64,000 nt of DNA, from contig JANWZB010000002.1 in assembly GCA_025055035.1 (NCBI GenBank), positions 3,000 through 66,999 of the forward strand, read 5' to 3'. The number at the start of each line of letters is the position of its first letter. Within the stretch, counting starts at the first letter, position 1. The notes under the pieces were generated by a model. That model ran no database searches and had not been told where the DNA came from. It saw only the letters and a program-made list of their open reading frames with translations. Positions 31,101 to 41,549 of the stretch are shown here, piece by piece. Made by a program: the position numbers and the translations under genes. Source of the stretch: Candidatus Kapaibacterium sp. (GTDB taxonomy: Bacteria > Bacteroidota > Ignavibacteria > Kapaibacteriales > UBA4661).

Positions 31101-32907
31101 ACCAGCACAGCTTCGGATTGTCTCTCAGTCAGATGTGCGATATGTATCTGTGACAGGAGCAGGTGTATCGCCACTTATCGTTGTTATGAATCGTAGTGTA
31201 GATTTTGAAGAGGTGAAAATTAGGCAATACCGTGATACTGTAGTTACTGTGTTAAAAAACATTAGCCTACAGCCTGTTATTATTACTGGTATTTCGTTCA
31301 TTGGTCCTAATACAACGGATTTTCGCCTTGTGGGGAATGCATCGCAAATTATTCGTACAGATACATCATATATTTTGTACCCAAATGCTACACTGTCGTT
31401 GCGCCTACGGTTTAAGCCTACAAATAGTGGGCGTACTTCTTGTCAGATGAATATTGAGTATAGTGGATTAGGTAGTCCTGCAACAGTTCAACTGTTTGGT
31501 ACAGGGAATTCAGCACTCTCTGCATATATTCAGCCATTTGGTGTAAAGCCTCATCCAAGCTCTAGCCGTAAGGATAGCGTTGAATATCCAATACAAGCTT
31601 TACGCGTGGAGGAATTCCTTGCAACAACTATGCATCCACTCTTGAACTATATATTCTTTGACAACAACTCATTTACTCTTCCACGCCGTTATAATCAGCT
31701 TACACCAGAGCAAGCACGTCGCTTGATAGAGACGAAACAAGCATTTGAGAAAGTTCTTTCTGCACAATCGACGCTTGATGTGTACAGGAATGTGCTCAAC
31801 ATTATTGGTAGCCGCATGCTCCTTTATCCTTCCTCAATGCTGACGATTGTTGGGTGCAAATCAGGAAAAGAAAAGTTCGTAATTCCGGCCACACAGGCGC
31901 GAGTACTTGCATTATCAGCAAGCAATGCTCAAACAATTACAACAACGCAGGCAAATATGGTACCAGCAACAACTTCTCAGTTGACGCTAGTTGAGCACGC
32001 AAGTATCTTACAAAAGCTTACGGCTCAAGATGATATGCGCCTTTCAGAAGCACGAGCCCTAGCAGTGCGTGAGTATCTTCACACAGTATGGGGAATTCCT
32101 GAGGAACGCATGCCGATTCAATTCCGAGGGCTACCAGAAAAGTTCTCTAATGAGCAAATACCTGATGGCATAGCAGAAAACCGCCGCGTCGAATTGATTC
32201 CTTCTATACCAGAGCTTACGGCAACGGTTCTTGCTCAAGATACGCTAAGGGTTGTCGTGCCACCTGTTGTACGCTTTCGCACAAATGCACTCTCGCAAGC
32301 AAATCTTACTACATGGAATGTTGCAGTAGTACAAAGCACCGGTTCTAGGTCCCGAAAAACAACTCAAATCCTCAAAACTGTTTCTGGTACGGGAAAACCG
32401 CAGGAGCGCATAGAATGGAATACAGAGCGAGAGGTATCAACAGCGCCAAAGCTTACCGTTCCTGTGCAATATAGTTTGAGTGTAAATGATGATAGTGGTG
32501 CAAATACTATAGCTTCGGGTAGTTTACCGCTGGAGCTTATCTCGATTTCTAAAAAGCGTGCGGCGAAGGCTGCAGATAAGGAGGTCAATACGTTTGGTTT
32601 GCTACTGTTTGATTTCAATAGAGCAGAGATTACGGGTCAAAATGCCAATGTACTGGAATTTGTTCGTAAACAAATACTTCCCGAATCTCGTGTGAGTATT
32701 GTAGGCTACACAGATCGCACTGGTAGTAGTCTCCTAAATAAGTCTTTGTCTCTTCAGCGAGCAAAGGCAGCAGCAAGCGCACTCAGTCGTCCTGATGCTC
32801 TTGTGCAGGGGCGTGGGAGCGACGGTTTGCTGCATGATAATACGACACCAGAGGGAAGGTTCTACTGCCGAACGGTAAACATTGTTGTAGAAAATGCTAT
32901 ACGCTAA
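28174..32907 (+). CDS. Giant exported multidomain protein: signal peptide – vWA – Ig-like – WD40 beta-propeller – Ig-like – 2x OmpA_C-like
   Basis: vWA MIDAS TIDVSGSM...TDGQGGG. At least six WD40 blades (GHTDVVLSAAFSPD...ARIWD, KVWSG, ARIWDLS...). Two C-terminal OmpA-like domains (...NRRVELIPS and VGYTDRTGSSLLNKSLSLQRAKA). Start taken at MCQNLQRL... (28174), a plausible signal peptide. The listed ORF start 28051 is probably over-extended. Confidence 0.75.
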   Translation: MCQNLQRLHISQCGGTLLVLLLSSVHVLYTQSLTLFDVNASAFPVVRAKFFALDADGKPLTDISARDVVVREHGVPRTVTAVVCSPQQSTVRSLSVVLTIDVSGSMKEGTSGVSHLSLAQAAARAWVQAMPEENVECAITSYDHISYLNQDFTQDRKRLLKAIANLKPQGGTDYDAGLLRPQGGSLFVMQNAKYSRRIVIFLTDGQGGGTEEQIIEVAKSDGVSIYCIAVGMPAPEILRNIARQTGGECFDNITTVQQAEQIYRILLQFALGSKPCEVSWLSEQTCSVSRVQATLSLPARLLSHAFTYEIPAKAVKALEFSSENITFGGVPPGKSREMRLVLRARNSAFTVNSIESSDERFSVTPTYFTLKSGQRKVVTVKYTPTDSGYAFATLTVNDNVCGNHTLYVSAGFPGKKPQQSTLKLLEPNGGEQYVAGCDTVIRWQGITPSEAVSIEFSDDNGASWQKIIPATSGLRTDWQIPKTSTTRALVRLRQLQSPTFSHFKDLMTSAVFLPDNRTAVTLGSGGVARAWNLDKGTMGQIYFSNQFGQRKSTLLPGKLVVTPQGEYVIGGFDEGTVRIWDAASGDLVDVYYDHADAITALRFFPSDGSRVSRVLTASLDSTARVWYIENAETALVLKHNGPVYDAVVSPDGSLIATAGGDSVAMLWDAKTGELLYRCEGHTDVVLSAAFSPDSKKLLTTSADGTARIWDTRKGTQLERFTGHRSVVYMGIFSPDGERVVTCSADSTIKVWSGKGGGWIQNLRGHQGIVRKIMFVPNSSAILSSVSSDRTARIWDLSAGRTVQILGGVEARSKSSVGSGIGIADGHTGAVYDMVFSPNGAYAATVGTDHKVYFWRINTTASVSAGSIFRSSPLIWALDTTAVQEAISAAPFTITQPRFSVKSIDMGRQLRGDSKDSVIVACIQNEDNTPLRIDELSFLGSAAQDYSIVSGGAPCIVPPKGSRNLEVRFKPCCVGGRPAQLRIVSQSDVRYVSVTGAGVSPLIVVMNRSVDFEEVKIRQYRDTVVTVLKNISLQPVIITGISFIGPNTTDFRLVGNASQIIRTDTSYILYPNATLSLRLRFKPTNSGRTSCQMNIEYSGLGSPATVQLFGTGNSALSAYIQPFGVKPHPSSSRKDSVEYPIQALRVEEFLATTMHPLLNYIFFDNNSFTLPRRYNQLTPEQARRLIETKQAFEKVLSAQSTLDVYRNVLNIIGSRMLLYPSSMLTIVGCKSGKEKFVIPATQARVLALSASNAQTITTTQANMVPATTSQLTLVEHASILQKLTAQDDMRLSEARALAVREYLHTVWGIPEERMPIQFRGLPEKFSNEQIPDGIAENRRVELIPSIPELTATVLAQDTLRVVVPPVVRFRTNALSQANLTTWNVAVVQSTGSRSRKTTQILKTVSGTGKPQERIEWNTEREVSTAPKLTVPVQYSLSVNDDSGANTIASGSLPLELISISKKRAAKAADKEVNTFGLLLFDFNRAEITGQNANVLEFVRKQILPESRVSIVGYTDRTGSSLLNKSLSLQRAKAAASALSRPDALVQGRGSDGLLHDNTTPEGRFYCRTVNIVVENAIR

Positions 32908-32924
32908 GTACGTATCAGGCGGAT

Positions 32925-33353
32925 ATGAGATACTGGCTTATTAAATCTGAACCAGAAGCATACTCATGGTCTGATTTTCAGCGCGACTGTATAACGTCCT
33001 GGGATGGTGTGCGAAACTATCAAGCACGAAATAATCTTCGAGCGATGAGTGTTGGAGACAGAGCGTTATTCTATCATAGCGGGTCAGAAAGAGCTGTCGT
33101 AGGAATTGCAGAAGTAGTGCAAACAGCGTATCAAGATCCTACAACCAATGACCCATCATGGGTATGTGTTGACGTCCGACCGCTGCAGCAATTCAAAAAG
33201 CCTGTTCGGTTGAAAACTATCAAGGCTACTCCACAGCTTGTTAGAATTGGGCTACTCAAGCAGCCAAGGTTATCGGTTGTTTCTCTGTCGGAGGAGGAAT
33301 TTAAGACGCTCTGTGAGCTTGGCGAGAGCTGCTCGGACTCAAACAATAGTTAA
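32925..33353 (+). CDS. EVE-domain (PUA-like) protein
   Basis: Opens MRYWLIKSEPEAYSWSDF and shows EVE fold conservation. 142 aa. Confidence 0.7.
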   Translation: MRYWLIKSEPEAYSWSDFQRDCITSWDGVRNYQARNNLRAMSVGDRALFYHSGSERAVVGIAEVVQTAYQDPTTNDPSWVCVDVRPLQQFKKPVRLKTIKATPQLVRIGLLKQPRLSVVSLSEEEFKTLCELGESCSDSNNS

Positions 33354-33356
33354 GAA

Positions 33357-34760
33357 TCAGTTCAGAAGCTCTCGCACATCAGCTACTTTGCCTACAATTG
33401 CCGATGCAGCAGCAGTCAGTGGGGAGGCTAAAAGCGTGCGAGCTCCTTTGCCCTGGCGACCTTCAAAGTTGCGGTTTGATGTGCTCACACAGTATTCACC
33501 TGCCTTAACATCGTCGCCATTCATTGCAATACACATCGAACAGCCTGCTGAACGCCATTCCGCACCAGCTTCACGGAAAATTTTGTCTAGTCCTTCTGCT
33601 TCTGCCTGACGCTTTACTTGCTCAGAGCCAGGAACAACAAGCATACGTATTCCTTCTGCAATTTTACGCCCTCGTAGTATCGAGGCAGCTTGACGTAAAT
33701 CTGAAATGCGAGCGTTTGTACAGGAACCAATAAACACAACGTTGATTGGATGCCCCAGAATTCGTTCTCCTGGACGCAGATTCATGTATGCGAGAGCTTT
33801 TTCCAGAGCTACTTTTTCATTTGCGGAACTAGCATGTGCAGGGTCTGGTATCCTTTGTGTAATGCCCATCCCCATGCCAGGGTTTGTTCCATAGGTGATC
33901 ATGGGCTCAAGTGCGCTTGCATCAAGCGTGATAGTATGATCGAAGACTGCTCCTTCATCTGTAGGTAAAGTTTTCCAATAGGCAAGTGCTTTGTCCCATG
34001 CTGCACCCTGAGGAGCAAACTCTCGCCCAGCAATGTATTCAAATGTTGTATCGTCTGGCGCAACCATGCCTGCCCGTGCTCCTCCTTCAATGCTCATGTT
34101 CGAGATGGTCATGCGCCCTTCCATCGAAAGAGACCGAATTGCCGATCCTGCATATTCATACACATACCCTGTGCCGCCTTCTGTTCCTGTTTTTGCAATG
34201 AGTGCCAGAATAATATCTTTTGCTGTGACACCCTTTCTCAATGTGCCGTCAATCTGCACAAGGCAAGTTTTGGGCTTGCGCTGCAAAAGGCATTGTGTGG
34301 CTAAGACATGAGCAACTTCACTTGTTCCAATGCCAAAGGCAAGTGCTCCAAACGCACCATGCGTCGATGTGTGGCTATCTCCACATACGATAGTCATGCC
34401 CGGTTGTGTTAGACCAAGCTCAGGTCCAATCGTATGAACAATTCCCTGCTTATCACTCGAGAGGTCGTATAGCCTAATTCCATGTTCTCGTGCGTTAGCA
34501 TATAGAATTTGCACTTGCTTTGCAGCTAATGCGTCGGCAAATGCTAGGTCGCGTGACACTGTGGGAGTGGAATGGTCACATGTTGCAATGGTGCGATCGG
34601 GTCGGCGTACTTTGAGTCCGCGTGCCCTCAATTCTGCGAAGGCTTGCGGAGAAGTAACCTCGTGAATTAAGTGCAAGTCGATGTACAGTATAGCAGGGCA
34701 ATTAGGTTCTTGGACGACAACATGCTTGTCCCAGACTTTTTCAAACAGAGTTTTTGGCAT
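33357..34760 (-). CDS. leuC: 3-isopropylmalate dehydratase large subunit LeuC (no adjacent leuD)
   Basis: Near-colinear with E. coli LeuC ([15 protein letters not shown]...[29 protein letters not shown]...CSMCIAMN). Confidence 0.85.
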   Translation of the reverse strand: MPKTLFEKVWDKHVVVQEPNCPAILYIDLHLIHEVTSPQAFAELRARGLKVRRPDRTIATCDHSTPTVSRDLAFADALAAKQVQILYANAREHGIRLYDLSSDKQGIVHTIGPELGLTQPGMTIVCGDSHTSTHGAFGALAFGIGTSEVAHVLATQCLLQRKPKTCLVQIDGTLRKGVTAKDIILALIAKTGTEGGTGYVYEYAGSAIRSLSMEGRMTISNMSIEGGARAGMVAPDDTTFEYIAGREFAPQGAAWDKALAYWKTLPTDEGAVFDHTITLDASALEPMITYGTNPGMGMGITQRIPDPAHASSANEKVALEKALAYMNLRPGERILGHPINVVFIGSCTNARISDLRQAASILRGRKIAEGIRMLVVPGSEQVKRQAEAEGLDKIFREAGAEWRSAGCSMCIAMNGDDVKAGEYCVSTSNRNFEGRQGKGARTLLASPLTAAASAIVGKVADVRELLN

Positions 34761-35036
34761 AGAGCAAGAGAGTGTTTGTGATGAGATCTATGTATGATGG
34801 ATACTACACTAGGAATCTGAATGTGCTGCAAGTAGAACATGTGAAGTACAAGTATCTACTAAATTAGTGGCAAAAACAGCATTTTTCAAATACATCTTCA
34901 AAAGGTACTAGATATTGAGAAAAATATAGTGCTGAGGAAAAAACAGTTGCATACAATTCTTAAAAGTTTTATGTTTGCGGTGCTATTTTCTTAAACAATT
35001 ATGGATTATTTTAAATTCTCGAAGGGAGTGGTTTGC

Positions 35037-35549
35037 ATGGCAGGACTATCAACACTGAATGAAACAGACAAGATTATCTGTGATGTTCTTCAGAGAAATG
35101 GGCGTGCTCATTTTAACGAACTCGCCGAGATTGTCGATTTGTCTGTTCCGGCGGTTAGTGAACGCGTACGTAAGCTGGAAGAGCGAGGTATCATTCAAGG
35201 ATATTTTGCCAAACTTCAGCCTGAAGCGTTCGGCTTGCATATTGCTGCATTTATCCTTGTAACAGTAGAAGGTAGTCACAACTACAAAAAGTTTCTGGAA
35301 AATTGTGATAAAGAGCCAGAAATCATGGAATGCCATGCGGTAACAGGTGATGCTTCGCACATTCTCAAAGTTCGCACAAGCAGTCCCGGTTCTTTAGAGC
35401 AGCTTCTTTCGCGTATTCAAGAATGGAGTGGAGTCAAAAAAACATTAACAAACATTATCCTTTCAACACATCATGAGTCGTTAGCTATTAACACAGGGAT
35501 ACGTTCAGTACCAGCAGTAGTGAATGGGAAAACACGGCACAGACACTAA
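35037..35549 (+). CDS. Lrp/AsnC-family transcriptional regulator
   Basis: N-terminal HTH ([43 protein letters not shown]) plus a RAM/ACT domain. Confidence 0.8.
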   Translation: MAGLSTLNETDKIICDVLQRNGRAHFNELAEIVDLSVPAVSERVRKLEERGIIQGYFAKLQPEAFGLHIAAFILVTVEGSHNYKKFLENCDKEPEIMECHAVTGDASHILKVRTSSPGSLEQLLSRIQEWSGVKKTLTNIILSTHHESLAINTGIRSVPAVVNGKTRHRH

Positions 35550-35608
35550 ACAACACTTTTCTACTCATACACCTTTTCGTTATTTTAAATTTTTCAGAGA
35601 GTAGCTAT

Positions 35609-37798
35609 ATGGTACACACACCGTCTCGTCGTTATGATGTTGTAGCAGCAGCGCGCAAATTTCCATCTAATGGACATACCAATAGTCCAGAGAAGCGCCC
35701 TACAGCCGATGAAATTTTTGGCGAGCACACTTTCAGTATTGAGGTAATGCGCCAAAAATTGCCTAAAGATGTTTACAATGCTTTGATAGCAACGATTGAG
35801 CTCGGCAAGCCTATAGATCCGAAGATTGCCGATATTGTTGCTGTAGCAATGAAAGACTGGGCAATTGAGCATGGTGCAACGCACTTTACGCACTGGTTCC
35901 AGCCACTTACAGGGTCAACAGCAGAAAAGCATGATAGCTTTATTACACCCAATGCTGGAGGAGGCGCTATTGCTCGCTTCTCAGGAAAAGAGCTCATACA
36001 AGGTGAGCCGGATGCTTCCTCATTTCCTTCTGGAGGAATACGTGCTACGTTCGAGGCACGAGGCTATACTGCGTGGGATGTAACATCGCCAGCCTTCATC
36101 ATGAAAAATCCTCGTGGTGCAACGCTGTGCATACCGACAGCGTTTGCTTCGTGGACAGGAGAAGCACTCGACCACAAAATCCCTCTTCTGCGTTCAATGG
36201 AAGCTGTCAGCAAAGCAGCCGTTCGAGCACTGAAGATTTTTGATGTCCATGTTACAAAAGTGTATTCGACCGTTGGCGCTGAGCAGGAGTATTTCTTGAT
36301 TGACGAAGACTTCGCGTATAATCGTCCAGACCTTTTATTATGCGGTCGCACATTATTTGGTGCGAAGCCTCCTCGTGGTCAAGAGCTTGAAGACCACTAT
36401 TTTGGCTCAATCCCTGATAGAGTGCTTGCGTACATGACTGATGTAGAAGAGCAACTATATCGGCTTGGCGTACCCGTTAAAACACGGCACAATGAAGTAG
36501 CACCAGCACAGTATGAAATTGCACCAATTTTTGAAAATAGTAACGTTGCTGCTGATCATCAGCAGCTTATCATGCAAACGCTTCGCTCTACTGCCCGCAA
36601 ATATGGCATGTATTGCATCTTGCATGAGAAGCCATTTGCTGGTGTGAACGGTAGCGGAAAGCATACAAACTGGTCGCTTTCGACCGATACAGGTATGAAC
36701 CTGCTTGAGCCGGGCGAGACGCCGCATGATAATATGCAATTCCTCTTTTTCTGTGCAGCAATTATCAAAGCTGTTGATAAGCATCAGGATCTGCTGCGAT
36801 TGAGCGTTGCTACAGCAGCCAATGATCATCGGCTTGGTGCAAACGAAGCACCGCCAGCGATTATGTCGATTTTCTTGGGAGAGCAGTTAGAGAAAATTTT
36901 TATGCAGCTTGAAAAGGGTAAAGTGAAGAAGTCCGATACTAAAGGGCTTTTAGGCTTAGGAACACCTGTACTGCCTCCAATTCCTCTTCATGCTGGTGAT
37001 CGGAATCGTACTTCACCATTTGCCTTTACTGGCAATAAGTTTGAGTTTCGTGCTGTTGGTTCGAGTCAGTCTATATCTTTCCCTCTTGTTGTGCTCAATA
37101 CTATTGCTGCTGAGGCAATTGATGAACTTGCCGACGAGGTAGAAAAGCACATGCGGTCGAGAAAATCTCTTGAAGAGGCTTTGCAAGTGGTGCTGCAAAA
37201 TACTATTAAGCAGCATAAGCGGATCATCTTTGGTGGCGACGGCTATAGCGAAGAATGGAAAGAAGAAGCGAAAAGACGCGGATTGTACATTAAGAATACT
37301 TCGCTAGAAGCATTTGAGGCATTCCATGACAAGAAAAACATTACTCTTTTCAGCAAGTATGGTGTGCTCAATGAGCGCGAATGGTTTGCTCGCGAAGAAG
37401 TACTGCTTGACCAGTATTTTAAAACCATCAACATCGAAGGAGAAACAACAGCATCTATTGCGCAGCGTAGCATTCTTCCTGCTGCTACTCGGTATGTGCG
37501 TAGTCTTGCTGAAACAGTAACCTCACTTAAAGCTGCTGGAATGCAATCTAAAGCAGTAGAGCAGTCGCTCAAAGAAGCATCGGCACTACTTGATGGGTTC
37601 AAAGATGCTCTGAGCAAGCTTATTGCAGTCAATGCTGACGAGGGAGGAGATGCTATACAAAGCAAAGCAAAGCATATGCACTCCAAAGTGATTCCAGCAA
37701 TGGCAAAAGTTCGGGAATTTGCTGACAAGCTAGAAAAAATTATTCCCGACGATCTTTGGCCTCTACCCACATATCAAGAGATGCTCTTTGTGAAGTAG
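35609..37798 (+). CDS. glnN: Glutamine synthetase type III (GlnN)
   Basis: 729 aa GSIII architecture with a long N-terminal domain and a catalytic GS core ([11 protein letters not shown]...). Confidence 0.8.
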   Translation: MVHTPSRRYDVVAAARKFPSNGHTNSPEKRPTADEIFGEHTFSIEVMRQKLPKDVYNALIATIELGKPIDPKIADIVAVAMKDWAIEHGATHFTHWFQPLTGSTAEKHDSFITPNAGGGAIARFSGKELIQGEPDASSFPSGGIRATFEARGYTAWDVTSPAFIMKNPRGATLCIPTAFASWTGEALDHKIPLLRSMEAVSKAAVRALKIFDVHVTKVYSTVGAEQEYFLIDEDFAYNRPDLLLCGRTLFGAKPPRGQELEDHYFGSIPDRVLAYMTDVEEQLYRLGVPVKTRHNEVAPAQYEIAPIFENSNVAADHQQLIMQTLRSTARKYGMYCILHEKPFAGVNGSGKHTNWSLSTDTGMNLLEPGETPHDNMQFLFFCAAIIKAVDKHQDLLRLSVATAANDHRLGANEAPPAIMSIFLGEQLEKIFMQLEKGKVKKSDTKGLLGLGTPVLPPIPLHAGDRNRTSPFAFTGNKFEFRAVGSSQSISFPLVVLNTIAAEAIDELADEVEKHMRSRKSLEEALQVVLQNTIKQHKRIIFGGDGYSEEWKEEAKRRGLYIKNTSLEAFEAFHDKKNITLFSKYGVLNEREWFAREEVLLDQYFKTINIEGETTASIAQRSILPAATRYVRSLAETVTSLKAAGMQSKAVEQSLKEASALLDGFKDALSKLIAVNADEGGDAIQSKAKHMHSKVIPAMAKVREFADKLEKIIPDDLWPLPTYQEMLFVK

Positions 37799-37828
37799 TT
37801 GCATAAGCATGTAGTTTCGTGGCTTCTC

Positions 37829-37876
37829 AGGCTGTATTATCGCTGAGATGGTACAGCCTTCTGTTGTTTGTTTTGT
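37829..37876 (+). terminator. Rho-independent terminator after glnN (8-bp stem AGGCTGTA/TACAGCCT then T-rich tract)
   Basis: Stem at 37829-37836 and 37852-37859, followed by TCTGTTGTTTGTTTTGTG. Confidence 0.55.
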
Positions 37877-38000
37877 GTAGCTGTACGTGCATATATGTTA
37901 GAACTTTTTTGTAAGTTGAAGTGGGCAACCAGTAGAGTATCTCTGTTCCTCATCCTCAAAGTTTGAAACTGAAAACACTTTCGTCTGAGGTGTCATCACT

Positions 38001-39581
38001 ATGACTTCTTGTCAGCAATGTTCTGTATTGCGCCGAACTGTTGTGGAAAAGCAAAGTGCATATCAACAAGATCATGAAGTTTGCAACAGTATTGAAGACA
38101 AGCCTCGTGCTAATTGTGGTGTTGTAGGAGTATTTAATCATCCACAAGCAGCTCTGATGAGTTACTACGCCCTTCATGCACTGCAGCATCGTGGTCAAGA
38201 GGCTGCAGGTATTGTTGCTTCACGTATCGATGCAGATGGTCGTGCTCGTTTTGCTGCTCACAAAGGCGAGGGGTTGGTACTCGATGTCTTTTCCCAGCCA
38301 GGTATTCTTACAGAGCATCTAGCAGGCACAGCGTCTATTGGGCACAACCGCTACTCAACAACGGGCAGTTCCAAAGCCGCCAATATTCAGCCTTTCTGGA
38401 TTAAATATCGTGCTGGGAACATTGCCCTTGCACACAATGGTAATCTAACAAATACACGAACCCTACGCGAGCAGCTGCAAAATGATGGTGCTATTTTTCA
38501 AACAACAACGGACAGCGAATTGTTTTTGCACTTGATTGCTCGCAGCAAGGCAAAAACACAAATCGCGCAAATTCGTGATTCCCTGCAAACAGCGAAAGGT
38601 GCATATTCTCTAGTACTTTTAACAGAACATGCACTCTATGCCGCTAGAGACCCACATGGATTTCGGCCCCTGTGTATTGGACGTAAAAAGGTGCATATCA
38701 ATGGAAACGAGGAGTACGCGTATTTCGTTGTATCTGAAACATGTGCTCTAGATATTGTAAGTGCCGAATTTGTACGGGAAGTAGGGCACAATGAGATTAT
38801 CATGATAGACCGGGAGACAATAGAAACTGGTACAATACACTCATGTGTGATAGACAAAATAACGCCACAATCCCATCACTGTATCTTTGAATACATTTAT
38901 TTTTCGCGTCCCGATAGCCGTATTTTTGGGCACAACGTGGATAAGGTACGTCGTAAGCTTGGTAAGGCTCTTGCTGAAGAGCATCCTGTAATGCCAGACA
39001 ATGACGATGAGCCTGTACGTGCAATTGCTGTGCCTGATAGCGCGAACACAGCAACAATTGGTTTCGCACAGAATGCGACAAAGCTTGGCATTCCAACGCG
39101 GTATGAGATTGGGCTTATCCGTAGCCACTATGTGGGCAGAACGTTTATTGCTCCCGGGCAAGATCAGCGAGAATTCAAGGTAAAGGCGAAGTTCAACATT
39201 GTGCGTGGAGTGCTTCATAATCGCAAAGTGGTAGTTGTCGATGATTCGATTGTTCGTGGAACAACCTCCCGCTCAATTGTGCGATTAATACGTGAAGCAC
39301 AGCCGCGTGAAGTGCACTTGCGTATATCGTCCCCTCCTATTACCCATCCCTGCAAGTACGGTATGGATTTTCCAGATCGAGAGGAACTGGTTGCAAATCA
39401 GTATAACAATGAGGAAGAGATTGCTAGAGCGGTAGAAGCCGACTCCGTTCGGTATTTATCGGTGGAAAAGCTTCTATCGGCTGTACCCCAAGATGCTGGC
39501 TATTGTACAGCGTGTTTTACTGGAAAGTATCCCGTGCCAATAGATACTAGCGGAAATAAGTTTTCAATAGAAGAGGTATAG
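38001..39581 (+). CDS. purF: Amidophosphoribosyltransferase PurF (with N-terminal propeptide)
   Basis: Catalytic CGVVGVF...ALQHRGQEAAGI Ntn-hydrolase start, a PRTase domain (VVVDDSIVRGTTS) and a C-terminal Cys cluster. No start codon immediately precedes the catalytic Cys. The nearest ATG leaves a 37-aa leader. Confidence 0.8.
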   Translation: MTSCQQCSVLRRTVVEKQSAYQQDHEVCNSIEDKPRANCGVVGVFNHPQAALMSYYALHALQHRGQEAAGIVASRIDADGRARFAAHKGEGLVLDVFSQPGILTEHLAGTASIGHNRYSTTGSSKAANIQPFWIKYRAGNIALAHNGNLTNTRTLREQLQNDGAIFQTTTDSELFLHLIARSKAKTQIAQIRDSLQTAKGAYSLVLLTEHALYAARDPHGFRPLCIGRKKVHINGNEEYAYFVVSETCALDIVSAEFVREVGHNEIIMIDRETIETGTIHSCVIDKITPQSHHCIFEYIYFSRPDSRIFGHNVDKVRRKLGKALAEEHPVMPDNDDEPVRAIAVPDSANTATIGFAQNATKLGIPTRYEIGLIRSHYVGRTFIAPGQDQREFKVKAKFNIVRGVLHNRKVVVVDDSIVRGTTSRSIVRLIREAQPREVHLRISSPPITHPCKYGMDFPDREELVANQYNNEEEIARAVEADSVRYLSVEKLLSAVPQDAGYCTACFTGKYPVPIDTSGNKFSIEEV

Positions 39582-39612
39582 CTATATCGGGCAAAAGACC
39601 AGTCGAATACGT

Positions 39613-41025
39613 CTATTCCTCATCATTTACCGAAAGACCATACTGCTCTATTCGGGCCTTGAGAGCAGCACGAGTAATGCCAAGCATTTTCGCTGCTTGC
39701 GTTTGGTTGCCTTGAGTAAGGCGTAGAGTCTGTTCCAAAAGGTCGCGTACGACACTTTCCAACTTTGCTCCTTGCTTGGAAATTGTCAAGGTATGCTGCC
39801 CGCTAGCAAGCTGCGGCGATGAGGAAATAGAAGTTCCCATTCCTACGCGCAAGAAACGAATAGAGTCTTTTGTAATCATTTCGCCGGATTCAAGCAAGGT
39901 AATGCGCTCAATAGCATTACGTAGTTCGCGAACATTACCTTTCCATTCGTAGGATTCTAAAGCCTCGATAGCATCGGGTGTAAAGCCAGCAATCCGCTTA
40001 CCAAACTTTTTGTTGAATTCGTTCAAAAATGCCGTTGCCAGTAACATGATATCACCCGGACGCTCTCGTAGTGGAGGCATCATGATTGTTCCTACATTCA
40101 GTCGGAAATATAAGTCCTCGCGAAATTTTCCTTCTTCAACCATTTTTTCAAGGTTACGATTTGTTGCAGCAATGACTCGCACATTAACAGAGACTTCTTT
40201 GCTCCCGCCCAGACGATAAAAAGAGCGCTCCTGTAGCACGCGGAGAAGCTTAATTTGCATTTCATAACTCAACTCACCCACTTCGTCGAGAAGTATTGTA
40301 CCTCGATGTGCCATTTCAAAGCGCCCCGGCTTAACTTTTTCGGTCGCTCCTGTGAATGCTCCTCGTTCATATCCAAAAAGCTCATTTTCTGCTAACTCAC
40401 GTGGAATCGCACCACAATTGACAGAAACAAAAGGACCACTAGCACGTGGTGAGCGTCGGTGAATATAACGTGCCATAAGTTCCTTGCCCGTGCCAGACTC
40501 ACCGAGAATGAGAATTGTGGTATCATCTGTTTGAGCGAAAATATCTGCGAATTGCTTGACCTGACGCATAGTTTCCGAGTTTCCGAGTAGCTCATTTTGT
40601 TCTTCTTCTTGAAGGCGTTCCTGAAGCACATCCATTTGACGGCGTAAGTCGTAATTCCGCAATGCGCGCTGAACAGCTGATTCCACCTGAATCGGGTCGA
40701 GGGGTTTAACAATGAAGTCTTCTGCTCCAGACTTGAGAGCATGAACAGCAATGCGTATATCTGATGAGCCAGTCATAATGATAACTGGTATTTTAATGCC
40801 TCGCTCGTGAAGCATATCGAGGGCATCGAAGCACATTTTATCTCCCATGTAAACATCGAGCAATACGAGGTCGGGGCGCAGTTTTTCGACATCAGCAAAT
40901 GCTTTGCTGTAATCAGGTTCACTAAAAAATATGACCCTATCGTAATGCTCGCCAAGAGCGCTACATACTACTTGTACTGCTGGGTCATCATCTATGACAA
41001 GAATTGTGTATTTCTGCTTAGCCAT
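39613..41025 (-). CDS. Sigma-54-dependent response regulator (NtrC/Fis family enhancer-binding protein), orphan
   Basis: REC domain (ILVIDDD...LVLLDVYM). AAA+ sigma-54 activator with Walker A (GESGTGKE), a GAFTGA loop (ERGAFTGA) and ESELFGH-like region. C-terminal Fis-type HTH. No histidine kinase is adjacent. Confidence 0.8.
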   Translation of the reverse strand: MAKQKYTILVIDDDPAVQVVCSALGEHYDRVIFFSEPDYSKAFADVEKLRPDLVLLDVYMGDKMCFDALDMLHERGIKIPVIIMTGSSDIRIAVHALKSGAEDFIVKPLDPIQVESAVQRALRNYDLRRQMDVLQERLQEEEQNELLGNSETMRQVKQFADIFAQTDDTTILILGESGTGKELMARYIHRRSPRASGPFVSVNCGAIPRELAENELFGYERGAFTGATEKVKPGRFEMAHRGTILLDEVGELSYEMQIKLLRVLQERSFYRLGGSKEVSVNVRVIAATNRNLEKMVEEGKFREDLYFRLNVGTIMMPPLRERPGDIMLLATAFLNEFNKKFGKRIAGFTPDAIEALESYEWKGNVRELRNAIERITLLESGEMITKDSIRFLRVGMGTSISSSPQLASGQHTLTISKQGAKLESVVRDLLEQTLRLTQGNQTQAAKMLGITRAALKARIEQYGLSVNDEE

Positions 41026-41549
41026 ACTATACGTAATGAAGCTCATACAATCTTGCATGCAACCTGTGGCAACACATCAATAGGTACAAGGCTGCAATCA
41101 GCAATGTTTGTGCTAAATCATTGCACAGGTATACATAAGCAAATATACGTAATTCACTTGTGGATTATGTGAACTTTCTACAGGTGAATTTGTACGAGGT
41201 AGTGTGTAGAAAAATCGGATAGTTGATATATCAACAGCGTAAAAAATAAAAAATTTCGCTTAAAGAAAATTTTCGCTTTTGGATCAATTGTCGTTTGCAT
41301 ATTTTTATGCTTGTGTGGTATGTGTATCCTTTCGACAGTATACTGCATCGAGTGGTGGAAATGTGTGTAAGTGTAGCGAAATATAGACCACCGAGCTGTG
41401 TATATTTTGAAGTACTGAGGCTGGAGAAGGAATCCTACACGTTACGCTGTGCACAACGTTTCATAGCGAAGTAGATAGCCTAGTGTCAGGGTCGTATTGC
41501 CACAGTTATAATTCTCTCTATCATTATTACCATCACATGGAGTAGTATC

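Noticed and set aside
41059-41549. Sigma-54 (-24/-12) promoter for aceA or the EBP gene
   Set aside because: TGGCAA occurs on the minus strand at about 41497, but the -12 element is absent (CCCTG instead of TTGCW). No GG-N10-GC match with correct spacing.
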